Part shown: piece after piece, positions 10,705 to 21,100 of the stretch
How positions within the stretch are numbered: the stretch's first letter is position 1
How the letters are laid out: each line of letters opens with the position of its first letter
NCBI GenBank assembly: GCA_016793195.1
Contig: JAEUJA010000142.1
Span: forward strand, 780 to 64,779
Source: Phycisphaerae bacterium
GTDB lineage: Bacteria; Planctomycetota; Phycisphaerae; Phycisphaerales; UBA1924
Direction of reading: 5' to 3'
Length of the DNA stretch: 64,000 nt
Notes under the pieces: generated by a model
Databases searched by the model: none
Seen by the model: the letters and a program-made list of their open reading frames with translations, nothing else
Told to the model about the DNA's origin: nothing
Position numbers and translations under genes: made by a program

Positions 10705-11951
10705 GCACGCCGAGCGGATTCACCGAGGCCTGCGAGGCGTTCGCGGGTGTGGGGGTCGATGTCGAGGCGGCCCTTGTCTCAATGGCGAACTACGCCATCT
10801 CGATCCACTGCTGGCAGGGCGATGATGTTCGTGGATTTGAGCATGACGGCGCGGCGCTCGGCGGCGGGCTGGCGGTCACGGGTTCGTACCCCGGCGCGGC
10901 GCGCACGCCCGACGAATTGCGGACGGACGCCGCCAAGGCGTTGGACCTGATCCCCGGACGCCATCGGTTCAGCCTGCACGCGATCTACGCCGAGACGGAC
11001 GGCAAGAAGGTCGAGCGCGACTCGCTCGGACCGGAGCATTTCGCGCGATGGGTTGATTGGGCGGGCCGTCGGGGCATCGGGCTGGACTTCAACCCCACGT
11101 TCTTTGCCCATCGGTTCGCGGCGAGCGGCATGACGCTGGCGCACGCCGACGCCGGGGTGCGAGAGTTCTGGATTGAGCACGCCAAGGCCTGCCGACGCAT
11201 CGGCGCGAGCTTCGGCCGGGCGCTGGGCTCGGCGTGCGTGACAAACGTCTGGGTCCCCGACGGCATGAAGGACACGCCCGCGGATCGCCGGGGCCCGCGC
11301 GAGCGTCTTCTGTCGTCGCTCGACGCGGCGCTCGCCGAGCCGATCGATCGATCCTTTCAGCGCGACTGCGTCGAGCCGAAGCTGTTCGGGATCGGGAGCG
11401 AGTCCTATGTCGTGGGCTCGCACGAGTTCTATCTCGGATACGCCGCCGCCCGGGGGATCATGCTCTGCCTCGACGCGGGGCACTACCACCCCACCGAGGG
11501 CATCGCCGACAAGATCAGCGCGACGCTGCCCTGGGTCGAGGGCATTCTGCTGCACGTTTCGCGCGGCGTGCGCTGGGACAGCGACCACGTCGTGACGCTG
11601 ACCGACGACCTCCGCGAGATCGCGGGCGAGGGCGTTCGTGCCGGCGAGCGGGTTCGGTTCGGGCTCGATTATTTCGACGCGAGCATCAACCGCGTGGCGG
11701 CGTGGGTGATCGGCTCGCGGGCGCTTCTGAAGGCGATTCTGATCGCGCTGCTCTCGCCGCGGGAGCGATTGCAGGCCGCGGAGAGCGCGGGGGACTTTAC
11801 GGAGCGGCTGGCGTTGCAAGAGACGGCGCGGATGCTGCCGTTCGGCGTGGTGTGGGAAGAGCACTGCCGGCGCACGGGCGTGCCGGACGAGGCGGGCTGG
11901 CTGTCCGAGGTCCGGCGGTATGAGCGCGACGAGTTGTCACGTCGCGGGTAA
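10701..11951 (+). CDS. rhaA: L-rhamnose isomerase
   Basis: 416 aa. Near-collinear with E. coli RhaA: [52 protein letters not shown], and the C-terminal ...[10 protein letters not shown]. The GTG start overlaps the upstream stop (GTGA). Confidence 0.95.
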   Translation: MSTPSGFTEACEAFAGVGVDVEAALVSMANYAISIHCWQGDDVRGFEHDGAALGGGLAVTGSYPGAARTPDELRTDAAKALDLIPGRHRFSLHAIYAETDGKKVERDSLGPEHFARWVDWAGRRGIGLDFNPTFFAHRFAASGMTLAHADAGVREFWIEHAKACRRIGASFGRALGSACVTNVWVPDGMKDTPADRRGPRERLLSSLDAALAEPIDRSFQRDCVEPKLFGIGSESYVVGSHEFYLGYAAARGIMLCLDAGHYHPTEGIADKISATLPWVEGILLHVSRGVRWDSDHVVTLTDDLREIAGEGVRAGERVRFGLDYFDASINRVAAWVIGSRALLKAILIALLSPRERLQAAESAGDFTERLALQETARMLPFGVVWEEHCRRTGVPDEAGWLSEVRRYERDELSRRG

Positions 11952-11977
11952 GCTGCGGGCAGGAAGCAGGAGGCCCC

Positions 11978-13495
11978 GTGCCCGACGCGCTCGTACTTTC
12001 CAAGGTGTCGAAGTCGTTCGGCGGGGTGCGTGCCCTGCGGGATGTTTCGTTTACGGTGCGCGAGGGGGAGGTCCACGCGCTGGTCGGTGAGAACGGCGCG
12101 GGGAAGTCGACGCTCATCAATCTCGTCGCGGGCGCGATCGAGGCCGACTCGGGCGAGTTGTTCGTGCGCGCCCGGGCGATTCGTGACGCGAGCCCCGCGA
12201 AGATGCGAGCCCTTGGCATCGGCGTGATCCACCAGCATCCGTCGCTGTTTCCGCACGTCACGGTCGCGGAGAATATCGCGATCGGGTGGGAGTCAAGGCG
12301 ACCTGCGGGGCTGGTTCGCCACGCGGAGCGCCGACGCCGCGCGGGCGAGGCGCTCGACCGCATCGGCGCGAGGATTGAGCCCGAGACGGAGGCGGGGCGG
12401 TTGTCGTTCGCGCGGCAGCAACTGGTGGAGATCGCGCGGGCGCTGGCGAGCGACGCTTCGGTCGTGCTGTTCGACGAGCCGACCGCGGGCCTGGGCGTCG
12501 ACGACGCGCACCGGCTGTTTGATGTGATCCGAACGCTCCGGGGGCGGGGCGCCGCCATCGTGTACATCTCGCACCGGCTCGAGGAACTTCCCCTCATTGC
12601 GGATCGCGTCAGCGTGCTGCGCGACGGGCAGCTCGTGGCAACCCGCGAGATGGGCGACCTGTCGCGCGACGCGATCGTGTCGCTGATGGTGGGACGAGCG
12701 TACTCGGAGGCGGCGCCGACGGATCGAGCGATGGTGGAGTCGGTCGGCACGGCGTCGCTGCTGGAGCTGGAGCGGGTTTCGCGCGCCCGGTCGGGGGTAC
12801 GTGATGTTTCGCTCTCGATCCGTGCGGGCGAAGTGCTTGGCATCGCGGGGCTCGTTGGCTCGGGGCGGACGGAGCTGGCGCGGATCATCGCGGGTCACGA
12901 TCCGGCCGATGGCGGGCGGATTCTCGTCGATGGTCGTCCGTGCGCGATCCGTTCTCCGCTCGACGCGGCGCGGCTCGGCATCGGGTACCTCCCCGAGGAT
13001 CGCCGGCGTGACGGCGTGATCGGCGAGATGACTGTTGCCGAGAACGTAAACGCCGCGACGATGTCGGGCGCCGGGCGCGAGGCATCGCTGCTCGGCCTCG
13101 CCGACCGCGAGCGCGAGTCCGCCGCCGCAACCGCGGCCATCCGGCGGTTCGACGTTCGTCCACCGAACGCGGGCGCCCTGGTCTCATCGCTGTCCGGCGG
13201 CAATCAGCAGAAGGTAGCGATCGCGCAGCGGGCCGCCGGCCGCCCGCGCATTCTTCTCCTCGATGAGCCGACCCAGGGCGTCGACGTCGCCGCCAAGGCC
13301 GAGATTCACCGGATTATCCGCGAGATGGCGTCTCGCGGCGCGGGCGTGCTGCTGGTTTCGTCGGAGTTGGACGAGGTGCGGTCGATGAGCGATCGGGTCG
13401 GCGTGATGCGCGCCGGGCGGTTGGTGGGCGTGCTTGATCGCGCGGAGGCGACGCCGGAGCGCGTGATGTCCCTGGCCGTGGGGGGTGGGGAGTGA
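11978..13495 (+). CDS. rhaT: sugar (rhamnose-type) ABC transporter ATP-binding protein with duplicated ATPase domains
   Basis: 505 aa. Two nucleotide-binding domains (GENGAGKSTL; LSGGNQQKV; LLLDEPTQGVD), RbsA/RhaT architecture. GTG start at 11978. Rhamnose specificity is inferred from operon context. Confidence 0.85.
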   Translation: MPDALVLSKVSKSFGGVRALRDVSFTVREGEVHALVGENGAGKSTLINLVAGAIEADSGELFVRARAIRDASPAKMRALGIGVIHQHPSLFPHVTVAENIAIGWESRRPAGLVRHAERRRRAGEALDRIGARIEPETEAGRLSFARQQLVEIARALASDASVVLFDEPTAGLGVDDAHRLFDVIRTLRGRGAAIVYISHRLEELPLIADRVSVLRDGQLVATREMGDLSRDAIVSLMVGRAYSEAAPTDRAMVESVGTASLLELERVSRARSGVRDVSLSIRAGEVLGIAGLVGSGRTELARIIAGHDPADGGRILVDGRPCAIRSPLDAARLGIGYLPEDRRRDGVIGEMTVAENVNAATMSGAGREASLLGLADRERESAAATAAIRRFDVRPPNAGALVSSLSGGNQQKVAIAQRAAGRPRILLLDEPTQGVDVAAKAEIHRIIREMASRGAGVLLVSSELDEVRSMSDRVGVMRAGRLVGVLDRAEATPERVMSLAVGGGE

Positions 13496-14424
13496 ACGCC
13501 GCGCTGGCCAGAGTCCTGACGCTCCTTGGCGCGATCGGCGTGCTGCTGGCGTTGCTCGCGTTCCTCGGGCCAAGGTTTTTCGACGCGGCCAACATGCTCT
13601 CGATCGTGGTCGGGGCGGCGCCGCTGCTGGTCGCGGCGACGGGCGCGACGCTCGTCATCGTCACGCGCCAGATCGATGTCTCGATCGGCTCGCAGTTCAG
13701 CCTGTGCGCCGTGAGCGCGGGGATGCTGGTGTCGGGCGGCGCGCCTTTCCCGCTCGCCATGCTGGCCGCGGTCGTGCTCGGGGCTTTGCTGGGGCTGGCC
13801 AACGGCCTGCTCGTCGGCGTCATGAAGCTCCCGGCGATTGTCGCGACGCTCGGCACAATGGTGATCTGGCGCGAGCTGCTGCGCTGGTGGCGAGGGGGCG
13901 AGTTTGTTCACGATCTGCCCGCGGGCTTTCAGTGGTTCGGGCTCTCGCAGGGTGCGGGCCAGGCTGCGGTCGTGGTCGGCGCGCTGGCGTTGTGGGGGGC
14001 GGTTGCGCTGGGCGCTCGCTTCACGCATCCGGGGCGCGATGTCTTCCTGGTGGGCTCGAATCCCGAGGCCGCCCGCTTGCTTGGTCTGCGCCCGACTCGC
14101 GTGGTGGTGGGCGTGTTCGTGCTGAGCGGGGCGACGGCGGCGCTGGCCGCGGTGCTCGGGTCGGTGCGCTTCGGCGATATCGATCCCGGCGCCGGCGCGG
14201 GGCTGGAACTCCGCGCGATTGCGGCCGCGGTCGTCGGCGGGGCGGCGGTCTCGGGCGGGCGGGCGTCGATGGTCGGGGTGCTCCTGGGCGCCGTGCTCCT
14301 CTCGATCATCGGGCCGGCGCTGGTGTTCCTGGGGGTGCAGCCGCAGTGGGAGCGCGTGATCCAGGGGCTCATCATCCTGGTCGCGGTGGGGGCCGACGCC
14401 TCGGCGCGGCAGGGTCGCGCATGA
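13492..14424 (+). CDS. rhaP: ABC transporter permease (RbsC/RhaP-type)
   Basis: 310 aa, polytopic and hydrophobic. Contains the typical IDVSIGS segment. The GTG start overlaps the rhaT stop (GTGA). Confidence 0.85.
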   Translation: MNAALARVLTLLGAIGVLLALLAFLGPRFFDAANMLSIVVGAAPLLVAATGATLVIVTRQIDVSIGSQFSLCAVSAGMLVSGGAPFPLAMLAAVVLGALLGLANGLLVGVMKLPAIVATLGTMVIWRELLRWWRGGEFVHDLPAGFQWFGLSQGAGQAAVVVGALALWGAVALGARFTHPGRDVFLVGSNPEAARLLGLRPTRVVVGVFVLSGATAALAAVLGSVRFGDIDPGAGAGLELRAIAAAVVGGAAVSGGRASMVGVLLGAVLLSIIGPALVFLGVQPQWERVIQGLIILVAVGADASARQGRA

Positions 14425-16535
14425 GCAACCAGACCACCAACACCGGCGTGCGCGATCCCGCCAGCGACGGTCACTTTCGGGCCGCGCCACGAAGCGTGAT
14501 GCTCGCGGTCGCCCTGGCGATCCTGGTCGCGTTCTTCGGCGTGATCGGCACCAACTTTTTCTCGGCGCCCAACGCGCTGGAGATCGGGCGACTTTCGGTC
14601 GAGCTCGGGCTGCTCGCCTTGGCCCTCACGCCCGTCATCATGACGGGCGGCATCGATCTCTCCGTCGGCGCGCTCATGGCACTCTCGGCGGTCGTGATGG
14701 GCCTGCTCTGGCGCGACGCGGGCTGGCCGCTCTGGCTCGCGGCGTGCGCGGGCATCGCGGTCGGCGGGCTGGGCGGGCTCCTCAACGCGGCGCTGGTCAC
14801 CCGTGCCAAGATCCCGCCCCTCATCGTCACTCTCGGCACCCTCTGGCTCTTCCGCGGGAGCGCCGAAGCGATCACGCGCGGCGTTGACACCGTCACCGGC
14901 TTTCCCGACTGGTTTCTCACGCTCGGCCAGGGCTATCTCGGCGGCGTGGTGCCGATGCAGCTGCCGATCCTGGTCGCCGGGTCGTTCTTCTTCTGGCTGC
15001 TCGTGCATCGCGGGATCGCCGGACGCGCATGGACGATGATTGGCTTTTCGGAGTCGGCGGCACGCCACTCGTGCGTGAATGTCGAGCGATCGCTCACGCT
15101 CGCGTACACGCTTGCCGGACTGACGGCGGGCGTGGCGTCGGTCGTCTACGTCGCGCACATCGGGCAGGCCAAGGCCGACGCGGGGACCGGCTACGAGCTT
15201 TCGGCGATCACCGCGGTGGTGCTCGGGGGCACGTCGATCTCCGGCGGGCGCGGGAGCATCGTCGGAACTCTCCTCGGCCTCTTCACCATCGCGGTGTTGC
15301 AGAACGGCGTGCGTCTGGCCGATGGGCCGGCGGAGCTGGCGGGGGTGCTGACGGGGTTGGTGCTGCTGGCGAGCATCGCCGTGGAGCGCCCTCGAACAGC
15401 AAGGGCATCCGGCGCGAGCAAGGGCGCCGATGGTTCGGAGCTTGATATGAGAAACTCGCAACTGGCGGCGTTGTGCATCGTGATTCTCGTGGCCGCGGGC
15501 CTCGTCGCGGGGAGCAACTGGATGCTCGCCAAGTCCTTCCGGGACGCGCCCGATGGCACCACGGACACCAGCAAGGCGAGGCCCGCCGCAACCGATCGCG
15601 CCGCGGACGCATCGCCGGAGCCGGCGCGAAGGCCGCTGACCGTCGCGATGATGCCCAAAAGCAAGGGCAACGCCTACTTCATCGCGTGCCGGAAGGGCGC
15701 GGAAGAGGCGGCCAAGGAACTCGGCATCGACCTGGTCTGGGACGGCCCGACCGAGACCGACCCCGCCAAGCAGAGCGAGGTCATTGACGCCTGGATCACG
15801 CGCGGCGTCGACGTCATCACGGTCTCCGTCGAGAATCGCGAGGCGCTCTCGGGCGTGCTCCGCAAGGCTCGCTCGCGCGGCATCAAGGTCGTGACATGGG
15901 ACGCCGACGCCGAGTCCGACGCGCGCGATTTCTTCGTGAATCAGGCCACGCCTCAGGGAATCGGCTACACGCTGATGGACCACGCCGCCCGCCTGCTCAA
16001 CAACAAGGGGCGGTTTGCGATCGTGACGGCGTCGCTCACCGCCGCCAACCAGAACGAGTGGCGCAAGCACATCGAAGCGAGGCTGAAGGAGAAGTACCCC
16101 GATGTCGAGCTCGCCGGCGTGCAGCCCTGCGACGATCAGCAGAGCAAAGCCTTTGAGGTGACGACGTCGATCCTGAACGCGAGCCCGGATGTGAAGGTTA
16201 TCATGGCGATCTGCTCGCCTGGCGTGCCGGGGGCGGCCGAGGCGGTGAAGCAGCTGGGCCGAAAGGATGTCAAGGTCATCGGGCTCGGCCTCCCGAACGA
16301 CAACAAACGATTCGTGAAGGAGGGCGTCACGGACGGCGTGGTGCTGTGGAACACGATGGACCTGGGCTACCTCGCGGTGCACGCCGCCAGCGCTCTGTGC
16401 CGGGGCGAACTGAGGTCCGGTCAGACCCAGCTCAGAGCCGGCAAACTCGGCACCAAGGACGTGGTGGGGGACAATGTCATGCTCGGCACGCCGTTCACGT
16501 TCGACAAGAGCAACATCGATCAGTTTGATTTCTGA
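14421..16535 (+). CDS. ABC permease (RhaQ-like) fused in frame to a periplasmic sugar-binding protein (RhaS/LsrB-like)
   Basis: One uninterrupted 704-codon ORF. Residues 1 to about 330 are a second RbsC-type permease (GGIDLSVGA). Residue 343 onward (MRNSQLAALCIVILVAAGLVAG...) is a signal-anchor helix followed by a type I binding protein (MMPKSKGNAYF, ANQNEW, GLGLPND, DLGYLAVH). There is no in-frame stop at the junction (15447). See findings. Confidence 0.8.
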   Translation: MSNQTTNTGVRDPASDGHFRAAPRSVMLAVALAILVAFFGVIGTNFFSAPNALEIGRLSVELGLLALALTPVIMTGGIDLSVGALMALSAVVMGLLWRDAGWPLWLAACAGIAVGGLGGLLNAALVTRAKIPPLIVTLGTLWLFRGSAEAITRGVDTVTGFPDWFLTLGQGYLGGVVPMQLPILVAGSFFFWLLVHRGIAGRAWTMIGFSESAARHSCVNVERSLTLAYTLAGLTAGVASVVYVAHIGQAKADAGTGYELSAITAVVLGGTSISGGRGSIVGTLLGLFTIAVLQNGVRLADGPAELAGVLTGLVLLASIAVERPRTARASGASKGADGSELDMRNSQLAALCIVILVAAGLVAGSNWMLAKSFRDAPDGTTDTSKARPAATDRAADASPEPARRPLTVAMMPKSKGNAYFIACRKGAEEAAKELGIDLVWDGPTETDPAKQSEVIDAWITRGVDVITVSVENREALSGVLRKARSRGIKVVTWDADAESDARDFFVNQATPQGIGYTLMDHAARLLNNKGRFAIVTASLTAANQNEWRKHIEARLKEKYPDVELAGVQPCDDQQSKAFEVTTSILNASPDVKVIMAICSPGVPGAAEAVKQLGRKDVKVIGLGLPNDNKRFVKEGVTDGVVLWNTMDLGYLAVHAASALCRGELRSGQTQLRAGKLGTKDVVGDNVMLGTPFTFDKSNIDQFDF

Positions 16536-16753
16536 CGTGGGCGTGCTCGGATCGGCCGCCGAGTCGCCACGCCGTTGGAGCCCCCGAACGGCCTCGACCT
16601 GTCGGCGAGTTGAGGAATGCCAACGACTCCGCGGGCCTACGCGGATTGAGGACGCGGTATCGGCATGCCGCGATCGGAGGATGCAGCGCCGCGTGTTATG
16701 TCAACTTGCAATCGGCGGTCGCGTTGATACGCTGCGGGTGGGGAGGCCTCGCC

Positions 16754-17959
16754 ATGCCCAAGACCGATCCACCTTCCGACGAAGAAGCCGCGTTCCGCAT
16801 CAACTCCGACCACGCCGGCATGATCGGCGACGCGGCGAGCGAGGCCGCGGGCGAGTCGAGGCTTGAAGACGCGATCGCCCTATGTCTCTCGGGCGGCGGG
16901 TACCGCGCCATGGTGTTCCACGTCGGCACGCTCTGGCGTCTCAACGAGGCCGGTGTGCTCGCCCGGCTCTCGAGGGTCTCGTGCGTGTCGGGCGGCTCGA
17001 TCACCGGCGGCGTGCTGGGGCTTGCCTGGGCGAAACTCTCGGGCAGCGCCTTCAGCCGCGACGCATTCGTTGAACACGTCGTCATGCCCCTGAGGCGCAT
17101 GGCGTCGACCGACGTTGATGTTGAGTCGATCCTCGTGGGCGCGATCCTGCCGGGCGTGACCGTGGGCGACATGGTCGCGCGCGAGTACCGCAAGGTGCTC
17201 TTTGGTACCAAGACGCTCGAGGACCTTCCCAATTCGCCGCGCTTCATCTTCAACGCCACCAACGTGCAGAGCGGCGCGCTCGTCCGATTCAGCAAGCCCT
17301 ATACCTGGGACTGGCGCGTCGGCAAAGTCCCCTTGCCGCGCACGGAACTCGCCGTCGCGGTGGGGGCGTCGTCGGCGTTTCCCCCCGTGCTTTCGCCCGT
17401 CACGCTGAAGTTCAAGCCCGGCGAATTCGAGCCGGGCTCCGGCGCCGGCCTGCAGCGCGAGCCGTTCACCACGCGCATGATCCTCACCGATGGCGGGGTC
17501 TACGACAATCTCGGGCTCGAGACCGCGTTCAAACGCTGCCGCACGCTGCTCGTCAGCGACGCGGGCGGGCAGATGCAGGCCGAGGAAAAGCCTGCGGAGA
17601 ATTGGGCGAGCCACAGCAAGCGCGTGCTCGATCTGGTCGACAACCAGGTGCGCAGTCTGCGAAAGCGCCAGCTTCTCGACGCGTTCCAATCCAAAGACGC
17701 CGAACACCGCCGAGCCGGGGCGTTCTGGAGCGTCCGCAGCGATATCGCCAATTACCAGCTCGCCGATGCGTTCCCCGCGCCGTTCGATCGAACGCAGGAA
17801 CTCGCGCGCGTGCCGACGCGCCTCGATTCGATGGCGGACGAACTCCAGGAACGCCTGATCAACTGGGGGTACGCGATCACGGACGCGGCCATCAGGAAGC
17901 ATTGGGACGGGACAATCGCCAGGCCGGCGCGGCTGCCCTACCCGTCCGCCGGCATCTGA
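16754..17959 (+). CDS. patatin-like phospholipase family protein
   Basis: 401 aa. Oxyanion-hole motif LSGGGYRAM, nucleophile elbow GxSxG (VSGGS) and catalytic Asp motif DGGVYDNLG. ATG 16754 is preceded by GGGAGG. Confidence 0.85.
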   Translation: MPKTDPPSDEEAAFRINSDHAGMIGDAASEAAGESRLEDAIALCLSGGGYRAMVFHVGTLWRLNEAGVLARLSRVSCVSGGSITGGVLGLAWAKLSGSAFSRDAFVEHVVMPLRRMASTDVDVESILVGAILPGVTVGDMVAREYRKVLFGTKTLEDLPNSPRFIFNATNVQSGALVRFSKPYTWDWRVGKVPLPRTELAVAVGASSAFPPVLSPVTLKFKPGEFEPGSGAGLQREPFTTRMILTDGGVYDNLGLETAFKRCRTLLVSDAGGQMQAEEKPAENWASHSKRVLDLVDNQVRSLRKRQLLDAFQSKDAEHRRAGAFWSVRSDIANYQLADAFPAPFDRTQELARVPTRLDSMADELQERLINWGYAITDAAIRKHWDGTIARPARLPYPSAGI

Positions 17960-18191
17960 TTCCGAGCCGCTCACGCCCCGCGGGATCGCCCGGGCACGGT
18001 GTCCCGCACGGACGCCGAGTCGCCGATGGCGTTCGGCGATGGGCTCCCATGGGTGTCCAAGCCCTAGGAATACAGGGACGGGTGGCGAGGTCGGGGGCGC
18101 CACGAATGGTCGAAGCGCCGTTGGGGGCACGCTCGCGGCCGATTCGCCCGGCTCGCGCCCGGTCGCGCGTGGATCGGGCCGGGCGAAACCC

Positions 18192-21100
18192 TCAGGGGCC
18201 ATCGCTCGTCGGTGGGTGGTCTTCCGTGACGATGCTCGGGACATGGTCATTCTGGTCGGGCTCGGCGGCCCCCTTCGTGAGGGAAAGCGGCGCGCCGGCG
18301 TCACCTGGGCGGATTTCAGGCGTTCCGGCGGCTGGCTTCTCCCTAGGTTGCTCGGCACTCGCAAACGCCCCGGCGGATTGTCGGGCGGTGAAGATGCGGT
18401 AGAGCGAGGGAAGCACGACCAGCGTCAAAAGCGTGCTGGAGATCAGTCCACCAATGACGACCGTCGCGAGCGGCTTCTGCACCTCGGCGCCCGTCCCGTG
18501 GGCGAGCGCCATGGGCGCAAAGCCCAGCGATGCCACCATCGCGGTCATGAGCACGGGGCGGAGCCGCGTAAGACATCCGCGCAGAAGGGCGTCGTCGCGC
18601 GCAAGACCCTCGCGGCGGAGCTGGTTGATGAATGAGACCATTACGAGACCGTTGAGAACCGCCACGCCCGAGAGGGCGATGAACCCCACGGCCGCGGAGA
18701 TGGAGAACGGCATATCGCGCAGCCAGAGCGCGACGATGCCGCCTGTCAGACCCAGCGGCACGGTGCTGAAGACCAGCAGCGCGTACTTGACGCTCTTGAA
18801 CGTCGAGAAGAGCAGAAGGAAGATCAGGAAGAAGCAGATTGGCACCACGACCGTAAGTCGCTGCTTGGCCGCCACGAGGTTCTCAAACTGCCCGCCCCAG
18901 CGGATCCATTGGCCTGCCGGCAACCGGACCGAGGCCATCTTTGACTGGGCTTCTTCGACGAACGAGCCCAGGTCTCGGCCGCGCACGTTGCACTGGACCA
19001 CAATGCGTCGCTTGCCGTTCTCGCGGCTGATCTGGTTGGTGCCTTCAGCGACATCGACCTTGGCGACGTTGCCCAGCGGGACGAAGCCCATTTCGTCGAT
19101 GGGCGTGCCCGGGCCGGCGCCGCCGCCCGCACGCGCGAGGCGCACCGTCTGTCGCTCGTCGCGCCCCTTCGGAAGCGGGATCGGAAGCCGGCCGAGCGTG
19201 TCGATCTTGCCGCGGAGTGCATCGGGAAGTCGAACGACCAAGTCGAAGCGGCGGTCCCCTTCAAACACCTGACCGGCCTCGCGCCCGCCCATGGCGACCG
19301 CCACGACCTCCTGGACATCGTGCACGGAGAGGCCGTAGCGGGCGATCGCGGCGCGGTCGATGTCCACTGTCATGACCGGCAGCCCCTCGGTCTGTTCGGC
19401 TTTGGCGTCGGCCGCACCGGGGATGCCCTGGAGCACCGCGAGCACCTGCTGGGCTGTATTCTCCATCGAGTCAAAGTCGTCGCCGTAGACCTTGACCGCC
19501 ACATCTCCGCGAACTCCCGAGATGAGTTCGTTGAATCGCATCTGGATGGGCTGCGTGAACTCGTAGTTATTGCCGGGGACCGCGGCCACGGTGAACTGGA
19601 TCAGCCGGATGAGCTTGCCCTTATGGCCCTCGATCTTCAGTTCGGACTCCTCTTCATGCCCTCCGACCTCGCCACCGTGCTCATCATGCCCGCCAGCGTG
19701 CGCGCCCATCTTCTCCATCGCTGCCTGCTTCTCAGCGATGAGCCGGTCCAATTCCGCCTCGCTACGCCACCGGCTCTTGTCCTTGAAGATGATGAACGTA
19801 TCGGAGACGTTTGGCGGCATCGGATCTGTCGCCATCTCCGCCGTGCCGGTCTTGGAGTAGATGAACGCGACCTCCGGGATCGACGAGACGGCCCGCTCCA
19901 CATCGAACTGCATGGCCTGCGACTGGGTGATCCCCGTCGAAGGAATGCGCATCGCGTGCATCGCGACGTCCGTCTCGTCGAGCGTGGGAACGAACTCCTG
20001 CCCGAGCCGCGTGAAGAGGATCGCGGACGCGGCAAACGCAAGAACCGACGCGCCGGCGACGGGCCAGCGGAACCGCACGGCCTTCTTGAGCACCGGCTCA
20101 TACGCGGCCTTGGCCCAGCGGATCAGGAACATGTCCTTCTCCGTCACCTTGCCAGTGATGAGGATGGCGACCATCGCCGGGACAAACGTCAGCGAGAGGA
20201 TGAACGCCGCGAGCAGCGCGAAAATGACGGTGAGCGCCATCGGCTGGAACATCTTGCCCTCGACGCCGGTCAGCGCGAGGACCGGGAAGTAGACCGTCAC
20301 GATGATCGCCTGTCCGTAGACCGATGGCTGGATCATCTCCTTCGCGGCGACCATGACTTCGTGCAGGCGTTCTTGCAGGGTGAGCAGGCGGCCCTTGTGG
20401 TGCTGGGCTTCGCCGAGGCGGCGCAGGCAGTTCTCCACGATGATGACAGCGCCGTCCACGATCAGGCCGAAGTCGATCGCACCCAACGACATGAGGTTGC
20501 CGCTGACGTTGCCCTTGACCATGCCGGCCGCGGTCATCAGCATGGAGAGCGGAATCGCCAGCGCGCAGATGAGGGCCGCGCGGACATTGCCCAGCAGTAG
20601 TAGGAGCACCACGATGACCAGCACCGCGCCTTCGAGCAGGTTCTTCTGAACCGTGGCGATGGTGGCGTCGACCAGCTTCGTCCGGTTGAGCACGGTCTTG
20701 GCATTGATCCCCGGCGGGAGTGATCGCTGCACCTCCGCCATCTTCGCATCGACGCTGGCGGCAACGGTGCGGCTGTTCGCGCCGAGCAGCATGATCGTTG
20801 TGGCGACAACCACTTCCTCGCCGTTCTCGCTGGCCGAGCCCGTGCGGAGTTCGCGGCCGATTCCGATCCCTCCGCCTCCGTCTTGTACGATGTCCTTGAC
20901 GCGGATGGGCACACCCCCGCGCGACGCCACGACGATCTCCGCGATCTGCTCGGGCTTCTCAAGCCGGCCCGTGGCCCGCACCAGGTAACTCTCGCCCTTA
21001 TGCTCGACGTACCCCGCGCCAGTAGAAATGTTGTTCTTCTCGATGGCGTCGATCACCTCGGCGAACGACAGGCCGTAGGAGACGAGCTTCATCGGGTCGG

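Noticed and set aside
16754-17959. The patatin protein as a CBASS CapV-type effector.
   Set aside because: No CD-NTase/cyclase, Cap2/Cap3 or other signalling gene lies within the flanking 5 kb. It is kept only as a low-interest finding.
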